Positions 1 through 14,029 of a DNA stretch of 64,000 nt are shown piece by piece. A program made the translations under genes and the position numbers. Each line of letters begins with the position of its first letter. The first letter of the stretch is position 1. The stretch comes from the human T2T-CHM13v2.0 reference genome, Homo sapiens, in the NCBI RefSeq assembly GCF_009914755.1, contig NC_060925.1, one strand, 5' to 3'. Under the pieces are notes generated by a model. The model had not been told where the DNA came from. It made no database searches and saw only the letters and a list, made by a program, of their open reading frames with translations.

Positions 1-581
1 GGGTAAGGTCCCAATAAAAGAAATTAAATTGTAGACATAAGAAGCCTATACATGTAAGTTTAGGCAAATAAAATAAACTGTGCATAATTTTTTGGCAAAG
101 ATTCAGTTATGTAACAAAAGGCAGTCAGGACAAGCTATGAGGGGAAAAAATAGGGGGCTGAAATATACCTTGCAAACAGATGGAATTTAATTAAGGAAGA
201 TCTGCTAGGAGGTTTTTAGAGTTAGGTGGTAAGCAAAGGTCTTCTGAGATAATAAATTAGAAATCTGCATGAAATAACTCCCAGTTTAAAACATTTTGAA
301 ACTTCAAGGTCTGTTAAACAGAGATTATAACGAAGCAAAAGGTTTCATTTCACAAACTGAACACTGAAGAGGAGGGGTGATTACCTACACAGTCACTGGG
401 TTTAATTTCCACTACTTTATAAGGCAAGGAGATTCTGCCTGATTCATTGTGAAACACTTATTAAGCAGGGGGAAACCCGGGGATGGAAAGCAAGACCACT
501 ATGAGAAAGACACAGGGAAGAAACACTGATTTTGTTATTTTCCACATCAAAGTGACTTCTTAACCCACATGAAAATTGTAC

Positions 582-767
582 CTTGGCAGGTTGGCACGGT
601 AGTTGACCAGTGGCCATTCTCTTGGCATGCTGTTTGTGCAGAGCCATTAAGTAACTGGCCCTCTAGACAATGGAAAGAGCAGATTGATCCATAACTGAAG
701 TTTCCCCAGAGGTTGGAGCAGTTCATCGCTATTGGCTTATTAACATGTAGTTCTGAGCATTTCACAG
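582..767 (-). CDS. SELP: SELP exon 13, sushi/CCP repeat 9 (186 bp)
   Basis: ctgcag|CTGTGAAATGC...TGCCAAG|gtacaa; AVKCSELHVNKPIAMNC...GHWSTTVPTCQ. Confidence 0.96.
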
Positions 768-1814
768 CTGCAGAAAAGAAATAATGCAAGAGAAACAACA
801 TGTGGATTGGAGGTGAAAGAGATTATAGTTTCTTTTGTAACCTAACATTGCCAATAAATGAGGCAGAATGTAAAAGGTCAGAAAGGATATGAGCCACTTC
901 CAATATTCACAGTAGCTCTTCTAACAGCACATATATGAAAATATTCTCTCGAAGGGTGATATCCAAAGAACCAAGATGCAAAGATGGACACATAGTAGCA
1001 TCCGACAAATACCTGCTAATGCATTGATAAATCTTGCCTCCAAATATACTATTTACAAAATTTTGGTTCTTAAAATACTGTTAGTCTAAATGTTATTACT
1101 ACATTTGTGATCAACTGGCATGTCAGTATGTGTTTATTGAAATACTTAATAAGTGTTCAGCATATCTGGACACTGGAAGTTTGAAAGAAGTAGACTGTCA
1201 TCCTCCTTAAACTACATTTTCAGGGAACTTCAGGGTTATTCTTTCTAATTTATGGATAGGAAATTAAAGGTCAAGAAATTAGATTTAATTCAAATAAATG
1301 TTATTTATCAGTAGTGACATTTGCAAAGCACTGTGCTATGTTTTGTGGGGGATACAAAAATGAAAGAAACATAGGTCTCAATGCTTTATGTGTAGGGCGA
1401 TAGCTCTTCAGGAAATATCATGTATGGCTTAACTTTTTATTTAGGTTCAAATTATTATGAAAATATGGAATGTTTATACTGTCACATAATATGCAACTTC
1501 TAGTTTACCAATTTCTATAGCAGGTTTTACATTTAATATGTCTATTTTTCTAACACATCTTGGACATCTGCAAATGTTTCTTCCTTTAAGTCTCTGAGTA
1601 CTTGTGTATTAGCTTTAGCTTGTGACATGAGGAAGGACAGAAGTGAAATGCCTGTGACACATTACTTCTAATGGGATTGGTGTGGATTTCATAAGGGAGA
1701 TGACACTTGGAGTAGTGGTTGTGGTTGGGTGAGACTTCAACATACAGGCACAATGGCTAGCTTGAGTACTTGCAGGAAGGCAGGTTCAGAACTGCCTGCT
1801 CCTTTTCACCTTAC

Positions 1815-2024
1815 CTCTGCATGCTGGAGTTACTGCTGTCCATTGTCCTGAAGGTCTGCAGCTGAGAGTGCTGTCTCCTATGAGTGTGAATCCAGCGTTG
1901 CAGCCAAAGTAACAAGTGGTATTAAAACCAAAGGTTCCCGGATGATGCCTACAGTACATGGTTCCCTGCCCAGGAGTGGTGAGGGCTGGACATTGCACCC
2001 CTGGAGTAGGAAGTGATGCTATGC
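1815..2024 (-). CDS. SELP: SELP exon 12, 8-aa linker plus sushi repeat 8 (210 bp)
   Basis: caacag|GCATAGCATCA...TGCAGAG|gtaagg; GIASLPTPGVQCPALTTPGQG...WTAVTPACR. Confidence 0.94.
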
Positions 2025-2880
2025 CTGTTGTGAGAAAATGTTTCCATTCAGAGACCTCCCAATTAAAAGAAGCGTTAACAGAGTTAAGGCTAATCTGGAA
2101 TAACTGCTTTTCACTCCCTTCATAACAAGGGAGGCTCCTGCAAGAGCTATTTAAGGAAGTTAAGAAAAACTATCAGTGTCAGAGATAGAAAACCAGATGA
2201 GGAAAATTATTAAAAAGCATCCTTGAGGAGATGATTCTCCTGGCCAAGAGAAGAAATCAGAGGAGTCATTGTTGTTGCTATTTTAAAAAGAAGCAAGAAA
2301 TGGTACAGAAATATAAGAAATTCAGCAGAAAGCCAAATATACATGGGCCAACTGCCTGCCCAACCCTGCCTTATTGGGAAATGGTACTGTTCTCTGACTA
2401 AAGGTCAATGTGAAAGTTGAAATTTACTGCAATGATTGCTTTCTGTCTCAAACTATTTCTTCCATTTGAATGATCCCACCAGCTTTGTCATTAACTTGCC
2501 ATGTGGCAGGAAGATGATGATTGACCTCTCTGCACCTCAATTCCTAGATTTGAAAAACTGGACCAGTGACTCTACCCCAGTATTGTCTGTTTCTCTCAGC
2601 AATAAATTAATGGAGACCATTCCGTTCACTCAACAAAGCTCTTTCAAAAAAAGAAGCCATGAAACAAAATTCCTGCTTAAGAATCAATATACCTTTTATT
2701 CACAAACATAAAAATATCCTGTCACTCCTTAGACATTTTAAAATCCTTCAGCTGTTTGCTAAACCCAAATAATGGTAATATATACAATTATCTAGTTCAC
2801 ATATAAGAACTAGATAATTGTTTGTTGTTGTAGAATAAATTTCCAAAAGTAGAACTGTCTTAGCAAGTACATATTATTAC

Positions 2881-3066
2881 CTTTGCAGGTTGGTGGAGTA
2901 GCTGACCATCTTCCAGAAGTTGTGCATTCCACATTATTGGGCCCCTCCAGCTTAAAGCCGTTGTTACAAGAGAAATGGCAGGTGGAGCCAACATTGAATT
3001 CTCCACGAGTGTCAGAACAATCCAGGCTGCCCTGCTCTGGGGCAAAGAGTTCTGGGCACTTGATGG
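2881..3066 (-). CDS. SELP: SELP exon 11, sushi repeat 7 (186 bp)
   Basis: ctctag|CCATCAAGTGC...TGCAAAG|gtaata; AIKCPELFAPEQGSLDC...GRWSATPPTCK. Translated by hand; this frame is not in the ORF track. Confidence 0.95.
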
Positions 3067-3129
3067 CTAGAGTATCAAATTAAGAGTGTCACAATCTCCA
3101 AGTTTATTCAGAAGTTCTGTGTTACACAA

Positions 3130-3620
3130 AGTTCATTCACTTATATATTCAAAAAATATTTATTAAGCACCTATATTCCAGGTATTTTGCTAGGCAGCAG
3201 CATTCCACAACATATCATGTAGGTCATTTGCTGCAAAGGGCAGTGGGAGGATGGTAAGCTTACAGAGAAGAGTATAGGTACAAGTCACGAAGACAAAGAA
3301 GTCAAAGATTTAGGCAGCCATACTCAAGAACTTACAATGTCACCCTATTTTCTCTACACCCTCTGCTTCAGAGACCTCGTAGCCTGCCGCAGCTCCCTCT
3401 ATCTTACTTGAATGGGTGCAATCCAGGATTTCATTTCCGCCCTTCCTCTTGCCTGAGACTACTTGCTCCCATATATCACGCCATCTTCTCAAATTCAACA
3501 CACCTAAAACTGCAATGATTGCTTTCTGCCTCAAACTATTTCTTCCATTTGAATCTCCTCACTAATTGTTTTGTTTATTTTGCTGTTGTATTTTAATACC
3601 ACCCATCCAGATAACACAGG
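3130..3620. mobile_element. Degenerate L2 fragments
   Basis: L2-like 3' end (cattcacttatatattcaaaaaatatttattaagcacc) and ctcaaattcaacacacctaaaactg motif. Confidence 0.5.
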
Positions 3621-6051
3621 AAAACTCAAAACCTCCTGGTCAAGATAGATTAGTTTCTTGGAATTCCCTGAAGTGACTTTGTGTGTTATTGCTTCTGGTT
3701 CTTGGCTCACATTCCCCTGAGAATTTTTCCACTTTTATGGCGTAAAATCCCACTAATCCTCCAGGATTTAACTCGTAAAGTCTCTGAAGACTCTGCTGAT
3801 CACCACAGCCTGAACTCTTCTCCTCTGAATTCTTCAACTTTTTGTCTGAACTGATGTGCTGTCATGTCCCATGTCATACCCTCACTCTTCTACTGGATGG
3901 GAAAGTGTCTAAAACCCAAGAATGATTCATCCTTGAGTCTTCCATAACTCCCATCCCAGGATCTCAAGAGGCAGTGCTCAGTAACCACTTGCCAAGTGAA
4001 TGAATAAATGAATTTAAATTTTAATTCACAATTTCCCCCCAAAAGTATTTTTACAAATTATTGCAGTTACATATTTTCTTAGCATTATTCTTTTCTCCCC
4101 ATTAATTCTCTAATATAAGACTATTATTTATCAATAAATGTTGGGTTATAGACAAATGAAGTGACTATTCTTTCTTTAAATCTAAGGCTATTCTGACAAC
4201 AATACCTTGGTCAGATAAGTCTCATTTACTTAGATAGTTTGATTTTTACAAACCTCTTCAAGACCTATATGCTCCCTCATGGAAAACCAATGTACAGTAT
4301 TTGGCTTTTACATACTGGCCCATGTATTTTTCAGTAACAAGCTATTCATTGAAGGATTATGGATTCTTATTGCATGAATCCATTCAAATAGCCAAAATAA
4401 CACAGTGAATTTCAGTTCAGTACTCTCAAATTGTTGAGTAATTAACAACTTCATATCTGACACATCAAATCAATTTACTAAACCTTTTTGAAACATGTCT
4501 ACTGGTGTAACTCCTAGACATGAAGTCATCTGTGAACATTTTCACAAAAATAACTTTTTCATAATCTCCCAGAATTACAACTTTAAACTGAAGAATATGT
4601 ATAATGTCAGCTGCAGGAAAGCAGGGACCTTGTCAGTTCTTTGAACACTGTATCCCAGAGAACAGGGCCTGACACATAGGAGGGGTTCTACAAATACTTA
4701 TGAATTGAATGAATACAGTAATGAATACAATTTAATTTAAATGCATTCTAAAAGGTATGCCTACCTGGTTTGAAAAGAAACAAGAGGAATTACTGTTTTT
4801 AAAAATTAACCGAAGGGGGCCCTAGTATAAAATGAGAACTACTACAGCATTAAATTCATTTGGGGGATAGTGCTTTGGTTTCAGTCTTATCAGTCATGCT
4901 CAGCCAAGGTTACATATCCAGACTTTCATATTTATAAAAGTCTCTGAACTCTCTCAGGTAAAAATTAACCTTGACCCTTACATACTAAGAATTTGGCTCT
5001 GGATCATGTAAAGAAGTGGGTTTACCTGTTTGAGGGGCAGCCTAGATGAGTTACATGGAAGCCTAACCCAGATCCGGCATATGGTGGGCACTCAGCAAAC
5101 ATGGGATGAATGACATTTGTGGAGTTATCAAGGATGCTGCTGGAATGGAGATTAGTGCAGATGCAGGAAAAGAGTTATACCCAGGAATGACTTTTGTGCA
5201 TAACTTTGAGAAGTGGTCATATTCTTGAGCCTACTCTAAAACTTTGGCAAAAAAAAAAAAAACTCCTGAATAATTACAAAAATAGAAAACAGATAAGGTT
5301 TGCATTTATTGCACGCTTAGTGTTCTATTTTCACTGACTACCAAGGCAGTGCTATCACATATGGGTATTCATTGGTGTTCTTCTATAGTCCATCAAGAAA
5401 GTATACATGATTGCATCTGAATTCTTAAACATATTGATTTATATTATTTCAAATAGATTTAGTAAATTATCTGTTTCCTTTCATTATATCATTTTACTTG
5501 AGTTTGATAGAGTTTTCTCAATAATTTTCTGGAAAGAAGATATAGTATGAATAATAAATGTATCTGAGTTGAATATTGTAAACTCAAACTTTAGGAATAA
5601 AACTAGGAAGCCCCACAGATTCAGAGAAATGTTGGGGGAATGAAGAAAAAAATGGAGATGTCAGCTGGGCCAGAGTTTTAGGGGGCACCAGTTCACCATA
5701 TTTTAGGACGTGAGTAAGCAGGCACATGGCAGAAGAGCAGAGTTGAGGTTGGGACTTGGAACCAGGACCCCTCCCCACGCAGTGAAAATAGACATTAGGA
5801 GTTGGGTTCAGCAGCCAAACATGGTCACCAGAGGATCAATGACAGACAGTGTTAAGGGATTAGGAATTCAGCAGTCTGTATCATGAAAGTGGTCCAACAG
5901 GCAGGGACAGGAGGGATACGGAAACTGTGTACAAGCACTCCATCATGCAGGTGGCATCATCAAAGTTGGCACAAGAACCTCAAGCACTGCTTAGGCTCAT
6001 GAAAAGGACTTCAGGTCCTGAAGGGCAAAGGCAGAGACAAGGCTGAAAAAT

Positions 6052-6390
6052 AACCGACTCTCTGTATCCAAGGGTTCTGCATCTACGGATTCAACTCATT
6101 GTGGATCAAAAACATTCAGAAAAAAAAATAAATTCTATAAAGTTCCAAAAAGCAAAACTTGAATTTGCCATGTGCTGAGTATGTTGAATCCATGCAGATG
6201 AAGTGATGTGTAGGCTTTGCATTAGGTATTATACGTAATCTAAAGATGGTTTAAAAGTCTAAAGGAGAATGTATGTAGGTTATATGCAAATATTATGCCA
6301 TTTTATATAAGTGACTTGGGCATCTGGGGATTCTGGTATCTGCAGGGAGTCCTGGAACCAATTCCCCCTGCAGATACTGAGGAACAACTA
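6052..6390 (-). mobile_element. MER2-family (TcMar-Tigger) non-autonomous DNA transposon
   Basis: Ends resemble MER2: ggagtcctggaaccaattccccctgcagatactgagg and ctctgtatccaagggttctgcatctacggattcaac. Confidence 0.75.
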
Positions 6391-7547
6391 GGCAGAGGCC
6401 ACATCCCAGAGGGCCCAGGGAACCGGCATTCTAACTAAAGTGGAACTATCGGTAGAGCCATCCCCCAAAATGAAATCTCACATTGCACTCTGAAGAGACA
6501 GCTTGAGAACTCCACCTGCCACACTGCCTCTGCTTACTTGGAGGCCCCTGAGTCCATCTGATGTATCCTAGTACTCTGCAAAACACCATGTGAAAATTGG
6601 GGTTCTAGGGGGCAGTGCTGAGGGTTAAAAATTAATGGGTTCAGGCATATGGGAAAATAAGAGGAACCATTTGCCTAAATTTAGAGCATAAATTTGGAGA
6701 ACGAAGAAGAAACACAAATGCAAAAACCAGGGCTCAAGATCAGGATCAGTCAAGGTTGATAATTCCAAGGGCCATAGTGGGTTAAAGCTGCTGTTCATGG
6801 TCAGGGTTGGGTCTTGACAGTGAGTGGGGATGGGGCCTGCAAAGTGGGAGGCAAATGCCTCCTCCTGCAGAGAAAGGGGGGCTGGAAAGTAGTGAAGGGA
6901 AGCAAGGGCTTTAGAGATTACAGATTTAGCAGCCATGTTGGTTGCCTACATGATTTAAAATGTGAATGAGATTTTTAAAGGTTTTTTTAAATATTCTTTA
7001 GCCTTAAAATGTGGGAAAATAGAACTTATGAGAAATGTCAATGGAATAAATGAATAAGAGAGTGAGGAATAAATGAATGAGTGAAAAACCACAAGCCCAA
7101 ATGCTTTCCTCCATACATGTTCTAGAATTCTCAGGGAACTTGTAGTATATCTTTTTGACAGCAGATGGTAGCATTTTATGTCTTTCACCCTACAGAATTC
7201 TTGACCAGGGAAGCGACCTCAAAGATGGTCTGGTCCACTCTTCTCCTTTTGGAATTGAGAAAACGGGAGCCTAAGGGTGTGACAAGACTTTCCTAATGGC
7301 ACATGACTTGGAGAGAGAGCAATACAAGTCTTTGGATATTAATCTAGTGCTCATTCCACAGGAAGGAATAAATAATATTTTAGCTGTTTTTGTGTAACAC
7401 GAATAGATTTCTACCAACATATTCTCTCATCTGATCACCAGGCACTGCCATTTCTAAAGTTCATTTAGCAGTTATAGCTGCAATCTGTGGAGTGGAAAAG
7501 AGTAAATTCACAAGTGACTTACCTGAGATTCAGAAGCTCTGCCACTG

Positions 7548-7800
7548 GGTGATAGTGTAGTTCAGTGGTCAAAACACTAGCCCTATAATCAGACTAGGCC
7601 TGGGTTTGCATCCTGTCTCCATACTTCAAGCTATATGAACTTTGCTAGCTACTTAACCTCTCAAAGCCTCAGCTTCTTCACCTTTAAAATGGGCATAGTA
7701 ATAACCAACTTAAGGGTCATTTGTGTGGACTGAATGTGATGATGCTTATGAAATAGGTAGTCCTACATTAAGCAATAATTATTACCAATTATCACTGGTC
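7548..7800 (+). mobile_element. MIR SINE
   Basis: MIR core acttaacctctcaaagcctcagcttcttcacctttaaaatggg. Confidence 0.7.
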
Positions 7801-8457
7801 TCATTATTACTAACTCTACACTGAACAATACATTAGAACAATAGCACCTTTTGCAACTAAACAGGAGCTATGAATTAATTAATTCAGTGCACTTCTATTT
7901 TAGAACATAAAATATACTAGATACTTTGCCAGCCAGATGTCTCAGGGGAATTAAAGACAGATAAGATCTGGCCCCTGCCTTTGAGAATTCCACTAAATTA
8001 CCAAAGCTTGTGTTTGAGTAAATTTTACTGGTAAATGATCACCTTCAATTCAACAGATATTTGTCACACACACCCATTTTTATTCTGTCTAGCTGCTGCA
8101 GGGGGTATAAAGATGAAGAAGGCACAGCTCCTGCCTTCAAGAAGCTTATATTCAATATAGAAGTGGAGAGAGGAGGGAAGTGCACACATAGTTATGCTAG
8201 GGTTAAATCTCACCCATCCCTAAATAAGGTCTGTGGCTGGGATTTAGTAATGCTCAGTTGAAGGTGAATGTAGGAATGAAGAAATGAAGAATGTAGCTGA
8301 AGAAGACTCTGTAAGGAAGTAAAACTTTCAGTGACATAGAGCTGAGCCTTTTCACTTACTAACAGTGTGACCCTGGACGAGTTATTTAACCTCTTTAAGC
8401 TTGTGTCTCTTCCTTATCTATAAAATGAGATGATACTGCCTTTCCTTATTATTTTAG

Positions 8458-8790
<333 letters not shown>

Positions 8791-8918
8791 TAGATTACCA
8801 TTGTTGTGGAGAGTGTTGTTTGCTTCAGCTCAAGAACACTTTTATATAAATCCCTGATGATTCTCCATTCTCTGATGTCATCTTTAAAGCCATAAGAAAG
8901 GACAGACCCACAGCCTAC

Positions 8919-9104
8919 CTTCACACATTGGTGGGGAGTCTGTCCAGCGTCCCGATCGAGTACAATCCAATCTTTCTGGTCCAGACAAAGAATATCCCTC
9001 GTCACAGATGAATTGACATGTGGATTTATAACTGGAACTTCCAAGAGGTTGAACACAGGTCATTGTTCCATTCTGAGGGCTTAGCAAAGGTGTGCAGGGA
9101 ATGG
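8919..9104 (-). CDS. SELP: SELP exon 10, sushi repeat 6 (186 bp)
   Basis: tgatag|CCATTCCCTGC...TGTGAAG|gtaggc; AIPCTPLLSPQNGTMTC...GRWTDSPPMCE. Confidence 0.96.
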
Positions 9105-9171
9105 CTATCATGGGCATGGCAGAGGAGAAAAGAAGAGATCATTTTATAATTCAGCAACCTGAACTCTGTAA

Positions 9172-9189
9172 CTCTCTCTCTCTTTCTCC

Positions 9190-9234
<45 letters not shown>
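9172..9234. repeat. Compound (CT)n(GT)n microsatellite in intron 9
   Basis: ctctctctc...tgtgtgtgtg directly visible. Confidence 0.95.
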
Positions 9235-9235
<1 letters not shown>

Positions 9236-9701
9236 TTAATATACAACGATGGTATTTGGCTAAAAGTGATTGTTTGAATTTCATGATGCTTTATCACCAG
9301 TTAGAGATTGTAGAGGTGTAAAATAGCAGCAGCTTACAGTTGATTGACATCCTGAAGTGCTCAATCACAAACAGCTTTAGAGGTGATTTTTAAAGGAAGC
9401 TGGTGCTCTGTTTGGGAGGATAGTGGTGCAACTCATTTTTGTTGCTTCTAGACAGGGGTGGAACTGGTTTCTCCCTTGATACCTTCTTCAGAAACACCCC
9501 AATGACCTTACCAGAAAACAATGACAAATGATTGGAAACACAGAAATGGAGGAAAATACTTTCTTCCCCCTTTCCCAACCAAGTGGTGGAATCGGCGCCC
9601 AAATTTTGGCTCTGTTACTTGCTAGCAATCTATCACTAGACAATAACCTTTCTGAGCCTCAGTTGCTTTATCTTCGAAATGGGAAAAAGGAAAATCCTTG
9701 C

Positions 9702-10485
<784 letters not shown>

Positions 10486-11915
10486 TCATTCCTTCCCCTC
10501 TCTAGCTACATTCCTTTCAATCTGATCAACTTGTCCAAAGATCTGGTTCTTTTCTTCTAGTTGAAAAGTATTTCTGTAGTAAGTGTGTATGTGGGGCTGG
10601 AGAGGACACAACTCAAGAAGCCTATAAACTGCAAGGACTTATGGGGGAAAGGGTGTGGGTGAGGATGTTGGTACCACAGAACCCATTTCCAGCTCTTCTG
10701 TGGCTTTGCCTTCTGACAGCAGGGGTAGATGTGGAGGGGTGGGAGGACATTAAAAAGGGAAATTGTCTGATAACACTCTCTCAGAAGTATTACAACAGCG
10801 AGTGGATTGCACTCTGCATGGTACCTTCCTGCCCAGCCCACATTTGGGTATTTCACTTGATGTGCACCCAGCAACAAGAGGAGAAAGTTCAGAGTAAATA
10901 AAGAACTAAAAGCAGAAGGGAACTGGAAGGTCACAGGAAGCCGTGGTGAGTGGCAACCTCCTTGCTGTGAAACACCCAGAGGCAGGACAGTATGGAGCAA
11001 TGAACTGTAATCTGTGCCCTGCACCACCCAGGCTTGCCTGTAAGAGTTTCAATCACTGTGATCACTGTCCTCAGGGATTCCCAGTTCTTCCCACAACTTC
11101 CCCAAAGTTGTGTGGACTTTGTGATATGTCCAGACTTCAACGTAGCCAGGATGAGCACTTAAGGGGCAAGGTCACAGCCCCGCCCTGTTCTCTCCAGACC
11201 CAGCTCTGAAGGTGCACCCAACCCTAAGTCCAGGGGCTTGCCATCCTCTCTGGTGCCTGGCGATGAAGGACATTCAATTCTGCTGTTTGCTTGTCCATTT
11301 GTTCATTCATTCATTCATTCATTCATTCATTTACTGTTGACCTAGCTTAACAATGGGGTGTGTGGGGGGGGGGTGTGTGTGTGTGTATGTGATTATGCTT
11401 TTGTGTGACCTGAATAGTGAGTGGTTTCCTTTTAGTAAAAAATATGTATCTGCCCACTTTCACTCAAATGTTGAAAGTCTATACAAAGTGAAAGGTATGG
11501 CAAATAATGTAGAACTGTCTAGTCTTTTATCCATTCAACTTTATTGTTAAAATTGTATATACATCATAAAAATATTAATTGCATAGGAGGAAAAGCGGAG
11601 AAAATATTGGAAGAATTCATACCAGAAGCCTAACAGTGTCTATTTTAGGATAGGAGTATTTAAGAGGATATTTCTTCATTTCTTTATTATATTTCTGCAT
11701 ATTTTTATAAATGAAAATCTTGCGTTTAAAAAGCAGCATTGTCTATAAAAGTTAACTAAGGAATTGGATACATTGAGGGGGAAAAAGCTTGGGGAATATA
11801 AAAAATATACGTCTATCCTTCAATTCACAAACATGGATGACTAGAACCCGTTCAAGTTCATACAAGATGTTGCAATACTGACAGAGCACACTGGCTTGTT
11901 AAATATCAAGTACAA

Positions 11916-12295
<380 letters not shown>

Positions 12296-12829
12296 TTAGT
12301 TTTTCTCTTTTTTCTATCACTCTTCACCTTATTCTAAGTCTATTTCTCCAATTTTATACAGATCTTGGAGTGTTTGCAACTGGGTACTTGTAAATTCTGC
12401 CCCTCCCATTTTACCATTATACCCTGTGGTTCCTAGAAGTGCCAGACCAGCCTTGGGACAACCACTCTGAAGCAATTTTTTTCCCACCTGGTCTTCTTTC
12501 CAGATGCCATGTTTGGCCAGGTGAGAAGAGTTTACCTGGTTTGTGGCAGGAGCCTTCAGGTCTGGGTAAAGACCCTGATAAGGAGTTAGCAAGGGCCATG
12601 CCCTACTGTCTATGGCCAGACATCCTGACACTTGTGTAATCTGCCTATCCCCCGGAGGCATTTGCATTTGGGATCCTTGGGTTATAGGACAAGAGGATGA
12701 GTGAGAGTATTTATGAATTTTCCAGTCCATTTCAAGGTGGATCTTACATAGTTGTCACCTCTAAAATCCAGCCTTTAAAAATACTGCCTACAATTTATTT
12801 CCATGATGTTAGAAAGAATACACTCTTAC

Positions 12830-13015
12830 CTTGGCATTCTGGAGGAACAGAATTCCAGTTTCCAGTAGCCAAGCACTGTAGCACACTTGCTCCCACCAGG
12901 AGCAAGCCTTCATTGCAGGTGAAGCTGCAGACTGACTGGTACCTAAAGGCACCGAAGGGGTGGGAGCAGTTCACCCGGGCCTCATTTGGAACTGGGAGAT
13001 CCTGGCACTGCAAAG
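12830..13015 (-). CDS. SELP: SELP exon 9, sushi repeat 5 (186 bp)
   Basis: ccttag|CTTTGCAGTGC...TGCCAAG|gtaaga; ALQCQDLPVPNEARVNC...GNWNSVPPECQ. Confidence 0.96.
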
Positions 13016-14029
13016 CTAAGGGATGAGGAAGTAAGGAATAAAGAAACAGTAATACACATGTACTCATTGATTTTTGACCATTAACTCTTTCTAGTGTCAA
13101 GAACAGGGATTCCTGAATTGGGCTTGTTTAACATAGAAGATAAGAAAAAGTGTCATTTAATTATAACGGCACATGAAGGATTTTATTAGGAAATGCTAAA
13201 CCTTTGTTGAACATCTTGGCAACATGTGTCAATAATTTTTAAGTTATCATGCTTTTGGACCCAAGAATTTATGCTAAGTATGTAATCAAGATGCATACCA
13301 AAAAATCTATTTAGAGATTTTTGTGAAGACATTATTTGTAAGAGCGGAATATTGAAAACAAACACAAATGCCATTAATTGAGGGTGGAAATTAATTATGG
13401 TGGATCCATGAAAAGAATGTTAAAGGTCACTAAAAATAATATATTTTAACTTGTAAAGATAGGAGAGAGGTCTCAATGTATGATGTTAAATAAAAAATCA
13501 GAGTAAAAATTATAATATACACCATGATCTCAAAGATGTAAAATAAATAACCATATACGAAGAGAGCACACATATTCCATGTGTTGTCTCTTCTCATCTT
13601 TAAAATGGTAGTAATAATTGTAACTACCTCATAGAGTTAGACTGAGATCATAGAAAGTGCTCAATGAACATTAGCTGCTATATTAGTAGCAGTGGTAGTA
13701 ATAGATAGTAATAATATCATTAAGGCTTTGCGTCACATGCAGACACTGAGTTCAGGAGTGGGAAACATTCAGAAGGCCTATGAAGGGGGTTAGTGAGACC
13801 ACATCTCTGGATACTTAAGAGAATATCCAACTATCTTTTCTTGATTAGACATTTACCTTCCTGGAGACAACAATGGCTTGAATAATCCCTTATGATCCGT
13901 TTTAAGTGTGTCAAAGAGCTCATTGTGTCTTTTTCTCCCAGATAACATATACAATACATTCCATAACTCAGACTAGGTGTCAGCATCATGGTGTATAGCC
14001 ATCTATTCTATTGCCTTCTTGTTTTTTCT

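Noticed and set aside
1-581. SELP transmembrane exon 14
   Set aside because: No hydrophobic exon with splice sites is present here; it must lie beyond the window edge.
12329-12730. 133-aa minus-strand ORF in intron 9 as an extra sushi exon
   Set aside because: It has no sushi Cys/Trp pattern and no 186-bp AG-GT frame that I could find.
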